A stretch of 51,881 nt of DNA from Candidatus Zixiibacteriota bacterium (GTDB lineage: Bacteria; Zixibacteria; MSB-5A5; UBA10806; 4484-95): the NCBI GenBank assembly GCA_029932605.1, contig JAOZPT010000012.1, forward strand, positions 1 to 51,881, written 5' to 3'. This document shows positions 18,553 to 28,529 of the stretch, one piece after another. The notes beneath the pieces were generated by a model. That model made no database searches, had not been told where the DNA came from, and saw only the letters and a list, made by a program, of their open reading frames with translations. Position numbers and translations under genes: made by a program. The number at the start of each line of letters is the position of its first letter. Position 1 is the first letter of the stretch.

Positions 18553-20382
18553 ATGGGAAAAAATAATTGTAAAGGATTCTCGCTGATAGAGGTTCTATTG
18601 GTAATTGTGGTTATTGCTATAATGAGCACTATAGCGATAAAGTCATTAACACCAACAATGGAACAGGCGAGAGAAACTGCCACCATTAACGAGATGGAAC
18701 TATTAGCGGAAGCCATAATCGGTAACAAGGACCTAATCGAGGATGGAATCCGCACTGATTATGGTTATGTTGGCGATGTGGGTTCACTACCGCCTGACCT
18801 TGACGCACTTGTGACCAACCCGGGTGGTTATTCTACCTGGAATGGTCCGTATATCCGGAGTGATTTTACCGAGGATGCAGATGATTATAAAAAGGATGCT
18901 TGGGGAAATTTATACACTTATAGCGGTGGTGTAACTATCACGTCCAGCGGTGGTGGTTCAACTATAACCAAGCAATTTGCTCAGAATGTTTCGGATTTAA
19001 CCTCGAATACGGTGACAGGAAATATTTATGATGGGTTAGGGGCTGTTCCGGGAGATAGTGCCTCAAAAGTTACAGTTACTATATTCTATCCAGATGGCTC
19101 TGGTGGAACAACCTCCTCATCGACAAATCCCAGCTCATCGGGAGGATTTTCATTTGTCGGCTCCATTCCGATTGGAAATCATATTATAAGGGGTGTTTAT
19201 AGTACTGAAAACGATACAACATCGATGTATGTTTCGGTTCCGCCTGTTTCCGGGGCTTATTGTGAATTACGTTTGAGTGGTAGCTGGTTCAGTGGTGGCG
19301 GTGGAGGTGGAGGAGGATTTACCGGGTGGGGCAGGAGATGTGAATTGGTTATTCAGGCCAGTCAGGTTCCTGGGAACTTGACCGATTTTCCTGTGCTTTT
19401 AACCGAATCTAACTTACCTTCGGAGATGCTTGATAAAAATGGCAGTCATCCTGCTTTAGATGGTGGTGGAGATATAAGGTTTTCCAGCGATCAGGATGGC
19501 AACAACCGTTTATCCTGTGAAATTGTTACATACATTACTCACAATAATCCGAACAGTGCTAAAGCTGAAATATGGGTGAAGGTCCCTTCTATTTCAAGTA
19601 GCTCAAATACATCGATATGGGTATGGTATGATAAGGCTGGCGAGACACAACCGGCTGAAAACGAGTCATACGGTTCTGAATCGGTGTGGGATGTTAATTA
19701 TTTGATGGTTCAACATATGGATGAGGATCCAACAAGTTCGGCTCCTCAGTTTGTTGATGCTACCAATAATGACCATGATGGAACCAATAATGGAGGTCTA
19801 AAAAGTAAAGATTTGAAAAATTGTGTCATCGGAGATGGGATTGAATTTGATGGTAATTCGGATGATGATATCGACCTGGGAATCTGGGATGTTAGTGGAA
19901 ACCAGTTGACTGTTCAGCATTGGGTTTATTATAAAAACAACGCCAGCAACAACGGAAGATGCTTTTCCAGAGCGACTGGAACTGCAGTGGATAATCATTG
20001 GATAATGACAGATTTTCACAATAGCGAAAATCCTGCATTCCGTTTAAAAACCAACAGCAACACCACTCACTTACAATACGGTACTAATCTTTCAAAAAAA
20101 ACCTGGTATTTCTTTGCCTGCACTTATGATGGCAGTACAATGAGAATATGGATTAATAATCAAAACGTAGCTTCTACTCCTAAATCCGGAAATATAGACA
20201 CAAGTTCAACGATACATAATTACCTTGGAGATAACCCATCCGGCAGTAGGCAGATGAAAGGTCGTTTGGACGAGGTTCGGGTGTCATCTGTGAGACGCTC
20301 TGATAGCTGGTTAGGAGCTGAATACAATAATCAGAACAGCCCCTCGACATTTGTTATACCAGGAACTCCGGAGACGCCATGA
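18553..20382 (+). CDS. Giant GspG-like pilin with Gly linker, DUF2341-like and LamG-like domains
   Basis: 'KG|FSLIEV'; paralog of the preceding pilin; SGGGGGGGG linker; 'LTDFPVL...DIRFS...IWVKVP' (DUF2341-like); 'WYFFACTYDG...GRLDEVRVS' (LamG). Confidence 0.85.
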   Translation: MGKNNCKGFSLIEVLLVIVVIAIMSTIAIKSLTPTMEQARETATINEMELLAEAIIGNKDLIEDGIRTDYGYVGDVGSLPPDLDALVTNPGGYSTWNGPYIRSDFTEDADDYKKDAWGNLYTYSGGVTITSSGGGSTITKQFAQNVSDLTSNTVTGNIYDGLGAVPGDSASKVTVTIFYPDGSGGTTSSSTNPSSSGGFSFVGSIPIGNHIIRGVYSTENDTTSMYVSVPPVSGAYCELRLSGSWFSGGGGGGGGFTGWGRRCELVIQASQVPGNLTDFPVLLTESNLPSEMLDKNGSHPALDGGGDIRFSSDQDGNNRLSCEIVTYITHNNPNSAKAEIWVKVPSISSSSNTSIWVWYDKAGETQPAENESYGSESVWDVNYLMVQHMDEDPTSSAPQFVDATNNDHDGTNNGGLKSKDLKNCVIGDGIEFDGNSDDDIDLGIWDVSGNQLTVQHWVYYKNNASNNGRCFSRATGTAVDNHWIMTDFHNSENPAFRLKTNSNTTHLQYGTNLSKKTWYFFACTYDGSTMRIWINNQNVASTPKSGNIDTSSTIHNYLGDNPSGSRQMKGRLDEVRVSSVRRSDSWLGAEYNNQNSPSTFVIPGTPETP

Positions 20383-21980
20383 CAATAGATAAAATGGAGA
20401 AAAACGGTACCGGTGTAATACAGAAGACTCCGTTTGCCCAAAATGAGGACATTGCTTTGGAAAGGCCAGCGGATGTTTTTATTCTGGATGAAAAGATATC
20501 GGTGTCTTTTTTAACTAGAAAAATATTGTGTGTTGATTTAACTGACAAACATTTTAAATATGCTCTTTTTTCCAGAACTCGAAAGTCGGTCGAATGGCTA
20601 AGGGCAGGAAAACTATTTGGACTAACATATCAAACCAGTTCACACGACAGGCTTGTCTCCGAAGGCGTAAAGAAACTTTCAGAGGAATTAAATCTTAAAG
20701 ATGTAAAGATATTATTGATTATTTCAGGGTTTGATTTCTTCTTGCGTAGGGTAAAAGTTCCCGATTTAAAAGGAGATGACTTTCTTAAAGCTATTAAATG
20801 GGAATGCGACAAGCTGATACCTTATTCAGTCGATGACGCTTATATCAATATCTTGAATATCGAAAAAACCGAAGAAGGTATATATACTTATGTTGTTGTT
20901 AATCTAAAATCATCTATTGATGATTTTTCTTTTCTCGGGGATAAACTGCTTGGAGTTATTCCCTCACCTTTGGCTTTTAGCAAAAGTATTCCCGGAAAAT
21001 TGATGCCTGGTGGTGTTACCAATATTTTGATACATTGGGGAGATTTAGAGGCGGTAATCGATTTTGTTCACGGTGAAAGGTTCGAATTCTCCAATAGTTT
21101 CACCATGGCTGATGTGATTATTGATGAAGAAATGTTTGATCCTGCAAAGATCTCGGAAAAGATAGAGCGCAACTTGCATAATACCCTTGATTTTTATAGC
21201 GGATATTATCCCGGACGACAGTTAGGCGAAATTGTATTACATGGCCCCGGATGGGAGGTTGTTGCCGATGATTTAACAAAAGCAACCGGATTAAAAACAA
21301 GGTGTGAAAATCCATATCGCGATCTAATAACGAATGAAAATAATCTGAAAAAGTTCTGGGATAATTATAGATGTGATTATCTTCTTTGCAGTGGGGCAAT
21401 AAGACTTAAAGATAAAAATTATTTTTTACCAACATCAATAAAAACAATTTATAAGTACAATAAACTAAAGTCGTTATCAAAAATTATGTCGTTTTTAATC
21501 GCTTCCTTATTGATAATGCTTATCGGTTTATCTTGGTTGGAATATTCAATCATGAGCAAAAAGCTAAAAGTAATCCGGCAAAAGATAAATGAGATTGAAT
21601 ATTCTCAAGCCTATTCAGAAACCATACCACTGGCCAAGGCGGTGAATTCGATGGTAGTATTGGTATCTAAGTTAAAACAATCTCAAACATGGCCAAGCAA
21701 CTTGCTTAAAGTTTTCAGCTTATCCGTGCCAACGGGAGTTTATTTAAATAGTCTTGAATTGAGTGAGGATAATATCGATAAAAGTCTAATAAGAGTTAGA
21801 GTTGAAGGATTTTATTCGGGTGATATTAAAAGATCTGATATGCAATTGGCGAGGTTTGTGGAAAATCTATGGCATATCTGTGGCTTCGAAAAAGAGATGT
21901 TCGAAAAATTTGCAGAAAAGACAGATGGGCTTTATAAACGTTCAAGCTTTGTCTTAACCGGTTCGATAAGGGTTAAATAA
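20379..21980 (+). CDS. PilM-like/PilN-like fusion (GspL-like alignment protein)
   Basis: PilM-like 'LRRVKVPDL...AIKWE...IPY' and 'IVLHGPG'; one TM; PilN-like 'SVPTGVYLNSLEL...VEG'. Confidence 0.7.
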   Translation: MTIDKMEKNGTGVIQKTPFAQNEDIALERPADVFILDEKISVSFLTRKILCVDLTDKHFKYALFSRTRKSVEWLRAGKLFGLTYQTSSHDRLVSEGVKKLSEELNLKDVKILLIISGFDFFLRRVKVPDLKGDDFLKAIKWECDKLIPYSVDDAYINILNIEKTEEGIYTYVVVNLKSSIDDFSFLGDKLLGVIPSPLAFSKSIPGKLMPGGVTNILIHWGDLEAVIDFVHGERFEFSNSFTMADVIIDEEMFDPAKISEKIERNLHNTLDFYSGYYPGRQLGEIVLHGPGWEVVADDLTKATGLKTRCENPYRDLITNENNLKKFWDNYRCDYLLCSGAIRLKDKNYFLPTSIKTIYKYNKLKSLSKIMSFLIASLLIMLIGLSWLEYSIMSKKLKVIRQKINEIEYSQAYSETIPLAKAVNSMVVLVSKLKQSQTWPSNLLKVFSLSVPTGVYLNSLELSEDNIDKSLIRVRVEGFYSGDIKRSDMQLARFVENLWHICGFEKEMFEKFAEKTDGLYKRSSFVLTGSIRVK

Positions 21981-22540
21981 TGGATATAAAATTCATTCTT
22001 AAAGGTATCTGGGTTCCCCTGGTTCTGGTTTCGCTATTTATTACTGTTTTTTTCTTTCGAGAGTATCATTTTAACAAGATTGATGAAACAATAACCTTAA
22101 AGAAACGGGATTTCAAAGAAAAACAAGCCTTGATATTATCAATAAGTGACCTTCAGAAAAAAAAGACTGCTCTAGACCAGGAAATGGGTAAATACAATAG
22201 CCAGCTTTTTACGATGGACAATGTTGTTCCTTTGGTAGAGGCTGTGGCTATTTTAGCTGATAGAAATGGAGTTGGATTGGTCGATTTCAAATTTGATGTT
22301 CCTATATATATCCAGCAGAAAAAAAGTGCAAAATCCTGGGGGCCGTTCATCGTACCGTTCGAAAGTGCGTTCCAAGGTGAATATGTGGCTATGGGGAAGT
22401 TTTTACAATCGCTTGAGAAGAAAGTATACATAAAAAAAATATATGATGTTAAGATATCGTTGAATGAGGTCTCCGACGATGAAGTATTGTGCGAAATAAA
22501 AGGGGCAATAAGATTTTTTGACAGGTCGAAACTGGATTAA
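21980..22540 (+). CDS. PilO/GspM-like protein
   Basis: N-terminal TM, coiled coil, 'FQGEYVAMGKFLQSLE'. Confidence 0.75.
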   Translation: MDIKFILKGIWVPLVLVSLFITVFFFREYHFNKIDETITLKKRDFKEKQALILSISDLQKKKTALDQEMGKYNSQLFTMDNVVPLVEAVAILADRNGVGLVDFKFDVPIYIQQKKSAKSWGPFIVPFESAFQGEYVAMGKFLQSLEKKVYIKKIYDVKISLNEVSDDEVLCEIKGAIRFFDRSKLD

Positions 22541-22544
22541 GGAT

Positions 22545-22997
22545 ATGCAAGGTAAATTTAGAAAATATGCTATCTATGTAGTGTTTGTTGTAGCAGTTGC
22601 TTATGGAATTAATTTTCATTTCTTGCGAGATAACCATATTCCCGATAAGGAGAAAAATAAGCCTTCCCAGGACGGGATAACTCAGGACTATAAAGAAAAG
22701 GTTTCATTAGGAACAGCTTTTAATCTCCCGAAGAGTTGGGGGAGAAACCCTTTTGGGTATAAAGAAAATATTGTTGAAAATTCTGATGGGAATCCGATAA
22801 ATAAAGTGAATGGCATACCAAGTCTAACGGGTATCTCATACAACAAAGAAGGTATAAATTATGCCATTATCGACAACAAGGTTGTGCAAGAGGGCGATGA
22901 AATTAACGACTGGAAAGTACTTTTAATACGGATGGATTATGTTAAAATCAAAAATGCTGGAGTTGTTAAAAAATTAAACCTGAGGGATTCTAATTGA
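22545..22997 (+). CDS. PilP/MshK-like small assembly protein
   Basis: ATG 22545 after AAGGA; N-terminal TM, 'WGRNPF', 'LTGI...AIIDNKVVQEGDEI'. Confidence 0.65.
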   Translation: MQGKFRKYAIYVVFVVAVAYGINFHFLRDNHIPDKEKNKPSQDGITQDYKEKVSLGTAFNLPKSWGRNPFGYKENIVENSDGNPINKVNGIPSLTGISYNKEGINYAIIDNKVVQEGDEINDWKVLLIRMDYVKIKNAGVVKKLNLRDSN

Positions 22998-24622
22998 ATA
23001 AAAAGATTGCCATAATAATTTTTTTACTGCTAAATGCGGTAGCAACAGCTGGCGATGGTTACAGAATCAGAGATATAAAAATATATTATGGCGCCAGAAC
23101 ATCTGACGTATCGATATCTGGTTCGGGGAAGCTGGAATATTCGAGCTTTGGTATGCTTAACCCGACAAGGTTAGCTATTGATATTTACAAAGCTGAGATA
23201 CCGGAAAATCTTTCTTCTTTTGAGTATCTGCCTCCGATTAGAAGAATTAGCCTTCAGCCAGTCATCGACAAAAACAATAGCATCAGGATGATCATCGAAT
23301 ATGAGGATGAGGCCTCATATAGTTTCACTGAATCTGATAGCAGCCTTGTTATCTCCTTTTTAAGAACATATGAACATAAAAGCATTGAAAAAGAGATACT
23401 TGGGAAACCAGCCTGGTTGAGTAAAAACATAAATCTATTTTTGGAGGAGGGCCAGGTCTCGGCAGCTTTAAACCTGATATCGCGCCGAGCTGGTTTTAAT
23501 TTAGTTGTTTCTAATCTGAATGAGGAACCTGTATGGGTGAATTTGAATGACGTAACCGTTGAGGATGCCCTTGACGCTATATTAAGTGCCTCAGGCAATA
23601 CCTATTATATATCAGGCCAGGTTGTGGTAGTGACCAAGCGCTCGTCTGAAATTCATGAGGGACTTGTATCACGGGTTTATCATTTGAAATATGCCGATGC
23701 CACAGGTTTTGTTGAGGGCATCAGGGAGATACTTTCACAAGAGGCGAAAATCAAGATTCTTTATCCCAATAGTGCTGATGGTCAGGGTGGCGGAAAATCA
23801 GCGCGCTTTATTTTGATAACCGATACTCCGGAGAAGCATGAATTGGTAAGAGATGTTATTTCTAAGATCGATGTCCAGCCCAAACAGATTGCTATCTCTG
23901 TAAAATTTATTGAGACGAATATTTCTGGCGAACAGAGTCTCGGTATAGACTGGAATAAAATGGTTGAATCTAAATTGACCGGTGCTGATCCTTTTGGTGA
24001 AGATGAAAATGAAACCACCACCAACGAGATTTATTCTGCATACTCACCATGGCCACCCAAAGAGGGTTCATTCGTCTATGGCACTCTTACAGTAGCTGAG
24101 TTGAAGGCCGTATTAAACTTTCTTCACGATAGCGGTAGAAGCAGGCTTTTGTCCGACCCCTCGGTAACGACCTCTGATGGCAAAGAGGCTACTATAAGTG
24201 TTACTACAACCATCCCTATTCAAACTATAAATAGATTTTCAGAGGGGGCGGTTGTCCAAGATATTGTTACTTATGAATACAAAGAGGTGGGGATTACTTT
24301 GAAAGTCACACCGAGTATTAATGAAAAGGGACGGATCAGTCTGGTTTGTCAACCGATGGTTGAAGAGATAACGGGTTGGGTAGGTCCTCAGACCAATCAA
24401 CAGCCTATCACCACCAAACGATCAGTGGAAACCGAGGTCGTTGTCACAGATGGTGAAACGGTTGTTATTGGTGGGTTGTATAAGGAGGGGAAGATAGAGA
24501 ACGAATCAAAGATATGGCTTCTGGGAGATATACCGATTTTAGGTTATCTATTTAAGAATAAAACAATAAACGAAAATAAAACCGATCTGATGGTGTTTAT
24601 AACACCCAAGATTACTGAATAA
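22994..24622 (+). CDS. Secretin (PilQ/GspD family) with N-terminal AMIN-like domain
   Basis: Signal peptide, 'NPTRLAIDI', 'VGITLKVTP', 'GETVVIGGL', 'LGDIPILGYLF', 'LMVFITPKI'. Confidence 0.93.
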   Translation: MNKKIAIIIFLLLNAVATAGDGYRIRDIKIYYGARTSDVSISGSGKLEYSSFGMLNPTRLAIDIYKAEIPENLSSFEYLPPIRRISLQPVIDKNNSIRMIIEYEDEASYSFTESDSSLVISFLRTYEHKSIEKEILGKPAWLSKNINLFLEEGQVSAALNLISRRAGFNLVVSNLNEEPVWVNLNDVTVEDALDAILSASGNTYYISGQVVVVTKRSSEIHEGLVSRVYHLKYADATGFVEGIREILSQEAKIKILYPNSADGQGGGKSARFILITDTPEKHELVRDVISKIDVQPKQIAISVKFIETNISGEQSLGIDWNKMVESKLTGADPFGEDENETTTNEIYSAYSPWPPKEGSFVYGTLTVAELKAVLNFLHDSGRSRLLSDPSVTTSDGKEATISVTTTIPIQTINRFSEGAVVQDIVTYEYKEVGITLKVTPSINEKGRISLVCQPMVEEITGWVGPQTNQQPITTKRSVETEVVVTDGETVVIGGLYKEGKIENESKIWLLGDIPILGYLFKNKTINENKTDLMVFITPKITE

Positions 24623-24896
24623 GTCCTCTTCTTTTATTTAAAAATTAACACTTAAGGAAAATAAACCCTGAATAACGATTGTTATATTGATAATGAGCAT
24701 GTTACATGATTCATATCAAGTATTACTTTAAGTTAGCATTATGCAATCACCAAATAATATTATTCCCTTAATACAGGGATCTGAACAAAGTGGTTTTAGA
24801 TTTTACACTTTCTTGGAATGGATATAACTCATTTGAAAAGATTGATAATCTCTATGTTTATTATTTTATCAGGGGTGTTAGAATTTAATATACATC

Positions 24897-24932
24897 GGGC
24901 TCCCGCTATCTCTTAATACGGGAGCCCTTTTT
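24897..24932 (+). terminator. Intrinsic terminator
   Basis: GGGCTCCCG...CGGGAGCCC followed by TTTTT; lies between convergent genes. Confidence 0.75.
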
Positions 24933-24944
24933 ATATATCCCCTT

Positions 24945-26960
24945 TTATTTAAGCAACACTGCCTGTTTTACATCGGAATAATCGCTTGCCTTCAACCTGT
25001 AGTAGTAAACACCTGAGGCAAAATCACAAGCCTCCCATGTGACTAAGTGAGAACCAGCGGGCATATATTCATCAACGAGGGTTATTATTTTGGCACCGGT
25101 AATATCGAATACTTCGAGCAACACCTGTGAGGGTTTTTTTAACTCAAACGAGATAGTCGTTTTTTCATTAAAGGGATTAGGGTAGTTCTGGCCAAGGTTG
25201 AATCTTTCTGGAAGAGCTGTCTCCTCATCGACACCGGTAGATACAAGATCAATATCAAGAATTTTAGTCCAATAGTTTGTCACCTCGACATTCTCGACTA
25301 ATGCTGGTATATAACCGGTTTTTGTAACCTCAAGAGTATAACTATCTTCAGAAAGACAGAAGAAACCATACCTGCCGTTAGTGCCGGTGGAGTCTGTTTC
25401 TATTTGATTTCCATCTAGTAAGACCCTAACGAATGCTCCCTCGATTGGTGTATTCTCGTTGGTAGTAACAATGCCCACAATTGCACCACCTTCTTCATAA
25501 AGGGCTGGTATTTCTAAATACATCACCGGACTTTCAGTAGGCGCGCCTTCGGTTTGAGGAATACCGCCGGCATCCTTATCGTTGATATACATTATGTGGA
25601 GATTTTCATGGGCAACATCAGCTAAAGATGACCAGTGGTCGCTATCGCATTCTTCAGGAAAACAATCATCAGTATGGGAATTGGTAAGATTTACAGGCTC
25701 TTCCCAGCTTATTCCATCTGAGGTGTATGACATATATAATTCACCGTTGGCATAACCACCCTGTGAGCAATCAGTGGTGTCGAATTGAGTCCAGGTGGTA
25801 AATAGAATATTGGTGCCTTCCTGGACACCCATATTCATTTTACATATAGGTCGATTCCAGGCACCACAATCACATCCAACGATCCAGACATCTTCAAGGG
25901 GCCACATATGTATCAGGTTTATCTCCTCGGTTGCACTGTTGTAGTGGAACAGACGGGTATTCCATTGTATGTAGCCATCAGAGTCTATAGTTTGGGCATT
26001 CCAGATAAGATGGAAATTGTCGTTGTAATCGAAGATGACATCCATATCGGTATAAGCCCAGAGCGAGTCATTATCCTGGAGATAATTAGTAATGTTTACC
26101 TTGCCATAGCGAAAATCCCAACTTATCCCATCCTCGGAAAGGATATACATAATATCATTATGCCACTGAGTTTCATAATCAGTAGGATGAGTATAAGCGA
26201 TGATTACCTTGTCCGATACTGGTGAAGCGTCTATGACTGTGCTTATAGTCATAAGTGTGTCGACTATTTCTCCTGTTGTCCATGTTTCACCACCGTCAGC
26301 TGACCGGACATAAAATACCTGATGCGGGTCTTCTGCGTTATCGGCAGGTTCAGTTATCACTATGTGAATCCTGTTGTTCCTGTCAATGGCTATGTAGGGC
26401 CATATAGCACCGACATAAACGTTATAGCGTTGGAAATATCCCCAACCGGGATAATCGGCATTGTCAACTGCCAGCCTAGTTATATAGGATGTAGCAGTGC
26501 TGTAATGGTAATCGATAGCCCCACGGTAACCCTGATAGATATCAAGAGTTGTGTAACCAGCGGAGGCTGAATTATCAGGGCGTTCATCGACTTTCAAGCC
26601 CATATCAAAGTTCCAATTACCGTTAGCATCACGATAGTTATGAAAAACATGTCGAGGGGGCGTTGGCCAGGTATAGGCATTCATCCAGGAAACGTAAATG
26701 GTGTTGCTATCGGTCAAGGCGATCCGGTTACCGGTGGAACCATTGGTCTGATAGTCATACCAGGTTGTACCAATGATTATGCCAGGAGACTGCGTAATAA
26801 CACCGGGGTTGAGTGGGTAACCTGAAGCATGAGGATAAGTCTCTGCACCGGTTAAAATCATATGATTTTGCATGGGCATTGATTTTATAATCTCAGCCTC
26901 CAAACTGGCTGTAGAAAGAACAGCAATTATTATGATGTAACTTAAAATCTTTCTCGCCAT
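24945..26960 (-). CDS. Secreted protein: BNR/Asp-box propeller-like region, carboxypeptidase-regulatory-like domain, C-terminal T9SS/FlgD-like domain (alternative start 27023)
   Basis: Signal peptide 'MARKILSYIIIIAVLSTASLEA'; 'RSADGGETW', 'SEDGISW', 'TSDGISW'; 'PIEGAFV...GRYGF'; 'GQNYPNPFN...SGVYYYRL...VLLK'. Confidence 0.8.
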   Translation of the reverse strand: MARKILSYIIIIAVLSTASLEAEIIKSMPMQNHMILTGAETYPHASGYPLNPGVITQSPGIIIGTTWYDYQTNGSTGNRIALTDSNTIYVSWMNAYTWPTPPRHVFHNYRDANGNWNFDMGLKVDERPDNSASAGYTTLDIYQGYRGAIDYHYSTATSYITRLAVDNADYPGWGYFQRYNVYVGAIWPYIAIDRNNRIHIVITEPADNAEDPHQVFYVRSADGGETWTTGEIVDTLMTISTVIDASPVSDKVIIAYTHPTDYETQWHNDIMYILSEDGISWDFRYGKVNITNYLQDNDSLWAYTDMDVIFDYNDNFHLIWNAQTIDSDGYIQWNTRLFHYNSATEEINLIHMWPLEDVWIVGCDCGAWNRPICKMNMGVQEGTNILFTTWTQFDTTDCSQGGYANGELYMSYTSDGISWEEPVNLTNSHTDDCFPEECDSDHWSSLADVAHENLHIMYINDKDAGGIPQTEGAPTESPVMYLEIPALYEEGGAIVGIVTTNENTPIEGAFVRVLLDGNQIETDSTGTNGRYGFFCLSEDSYTLEVTKTGYIPALVENVEVTNYWTKILDIDLVSTGVDEETALPERFNLGQNYPNPFNEKTTISFELKKPSQVLLEVFDITGAKIITLVDEYMPAGSHLVTWEACDFASGVYYYRLKASDYSDVKQAVLLK

Positions 26961-27222
26961 TTTAAACTCCTTATAATTTGGTCCGTTGTGTTGGAATTTA
27001 CAGTTGTAAGTTATTTTTTCCATATCAACCTCCTTGTTATTGTTTTAAGCATAACATGAATTTTTAGAGTATTTTTGCGTTTATTCATTTTTACATTCAC
27101 AATAGACTTTATGTTAACAGATCTTCATGTTTATAAATTATTTTAATGGATTTTATATCATAATTTGTTATGAGGTGGTTAAATATAAATTTTACTTTTT
27201 AGAAAATAATTAATTTTTATGC

Positions 27223-27251
27223 TTGTTTTTATACCTTTTTTGCAATATAAT
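27223..27251 (+). promoter_or_regulatory. Candidate sigma70 promoter for the TPR-peptide-sigma operon
   Basis: TTGTTT-N17-TATAAT. Confidence 0.35.
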
Positions 27252-27497
27252 AAATAAAAGGATTGGTGCTGATGTCTTAAGATACGGATTGAGGCTCTAC
27301 AACCTTTGAAAAGAATTTTTTCATAATCTCACTGAATCCTGTCGTTCTGGAGTTTGAATTTCATCAGAATCGGGTTGATAAGGCAATTATATGAAATGTT
27401 TAATGTGGTGAATTCTTGTGTAGAGGGAAAGGTTTTATGAAATTCGAGAAAAAGGCTGAAAAAGTGTTAACTTTTATGCTTTAATAGAGGAAAGTAT

Positions 27498-28217
27498 ATG
27501 TCTCAAACAAGAAAGAACTTTAACTCTAATATTAGGAAAAAATATAATAAAAATGCGTCTGATGTGCTTGATGAAAGAGTAAGAGCCCTTCGGGTTGAGT
27601 TAGCCCAGCGCACTATCGATATTCAGCTTTCAGACCAAAAGGAGAGAAAAGAAGCTAAGGATTCACCATATGCAGAGAAGGTGGGCAAAGAGATAAGTAA
27701 ATTAATAAATGAAGAGCGCCTTGAGGAAGCCCGGAAACGTCTTGAAGAGGAATTAGATAAGCATCCGAAGGAACTGATGTTTTTAAATTTACAAATGGCT
27801 TTAGATATGTTGGATAAGCCGTTTGGTAGTTATGAAAAGGCAAAAAAGTTTGGTAGTATACTTATGGAGATTGCTGTAGAGAAAAATAATGCATATTATA
27901 CGATGGTCGCCATAGGTAATATGGGTCTTATTGCTCACAATGAAGGGCATGACGAATTCAGTAAAGCAATGTATCTGGTTGCGCATTTTATTGATAAGAA
28001 AGAAATATTTCCAATGTGCAATCTGGCTGGTTGGTATGCTCGAAGAGGTGAGCTTGAAGAAGCACAAAAATGGATTGATAAGATTCTTAATAATTATCCT
28101 GATTGGCTGGAGAGGGATGACATAGTAACGTTCTTAAAAAAAGATGAGTCATTAAGTAATCTTAGGGAATATGCTCCATATAAAGAAAAGGTTTTATCAA
28201 AAATAGAGGAACAATAA
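27498..28217 (+). CDS. Cytoplasmic TPR protein with a TPR-capping (end-of-group-like) C-terminus
   Basis: Helical repeats 'LEEARKRLEEELDKHP', 'IGNMGLIAHNEG', 'CNLAGWYARRGELEEAQKWIDKIL...DESLSNLR'; no signal peptide. Confidence 0.75.
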   Translation: MSQTRKNFNSNIRKKYNKNASDVLDERVRALRVELAQRTIDIQLSDQKERKEAKDSPYAEKVGKEISKLINEERLEEARKRLEEELDKHPKELMFLNLQMALDMLDKPFGSYEKAKKFGSILMEIAVEKNNAYYTMVAIGNMGLIAHNEGHDEFSKAMYLVAHFIDKKEIFPMCNLAGWYARRGELEEAQKWIDKILNNYPDWLERDDIVTFLKKDESLSNLREYAPYKEKVLSKIEEQ

Positions 28218-28280
28218 AGTTAATAAGAGGCTTGAATAGATAAAAAGGCATTTTTATTTTTTAAGAGGAGGTAAAAGACT

Positions 28281-28499
28281 ATGGATGCATTAAAGATAAT
28301 AATTGTGGGATTGATTATTGGGCTTTTCGCCACGTTTTCATTCCAATCCTTACAACCTTATTGTCCTACTAAGGATGTTGTTAATACGGGCATAGGGGAA
28401 GTGGGAGATGACAGGAACATTGAAAGAATTGGCGGTGGTGTAAAATATCAAAAAGATAGAGAAATAGATATCTCATTTAATCCAAGGCAAGGTGGTTAA
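28281..28499 (+). CDS. Small (72 aa) secreted or membrane-anchored peptide
   Basis: Strong SD AGAGGAGGT; hydrophobic N-terminus; polar tail with ERIGG and C-terminal PRQGG. Confidence 0.7.
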   Translation: MDALKIIIVGLIIGLFATFSFQSLQPYCPTKDVVNTGIGEVGDDRNIERIGGGVKYQKDREIDISFNPRQGG

Positions 28500-28529
28500 A
28501 TATACCTTATTAATGACAGGGAGGTAATC

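Noticed and set aside
24623..24896. sRNA upstream of the + strand terminator
   Set aside because: AT-rich with no convincing structure; the terminator is adequately explained by the pilus operon.
28281..28499. Ubiquitin/ThiS-like modifier or double-glycine RiPP because of GG
   Set aside because: The hydrophobic signal-like N-terminus leaves no room for a beta-grasp fold, and no E1/ThiF, peptidase-ABC or modifying enzymes are nearby.
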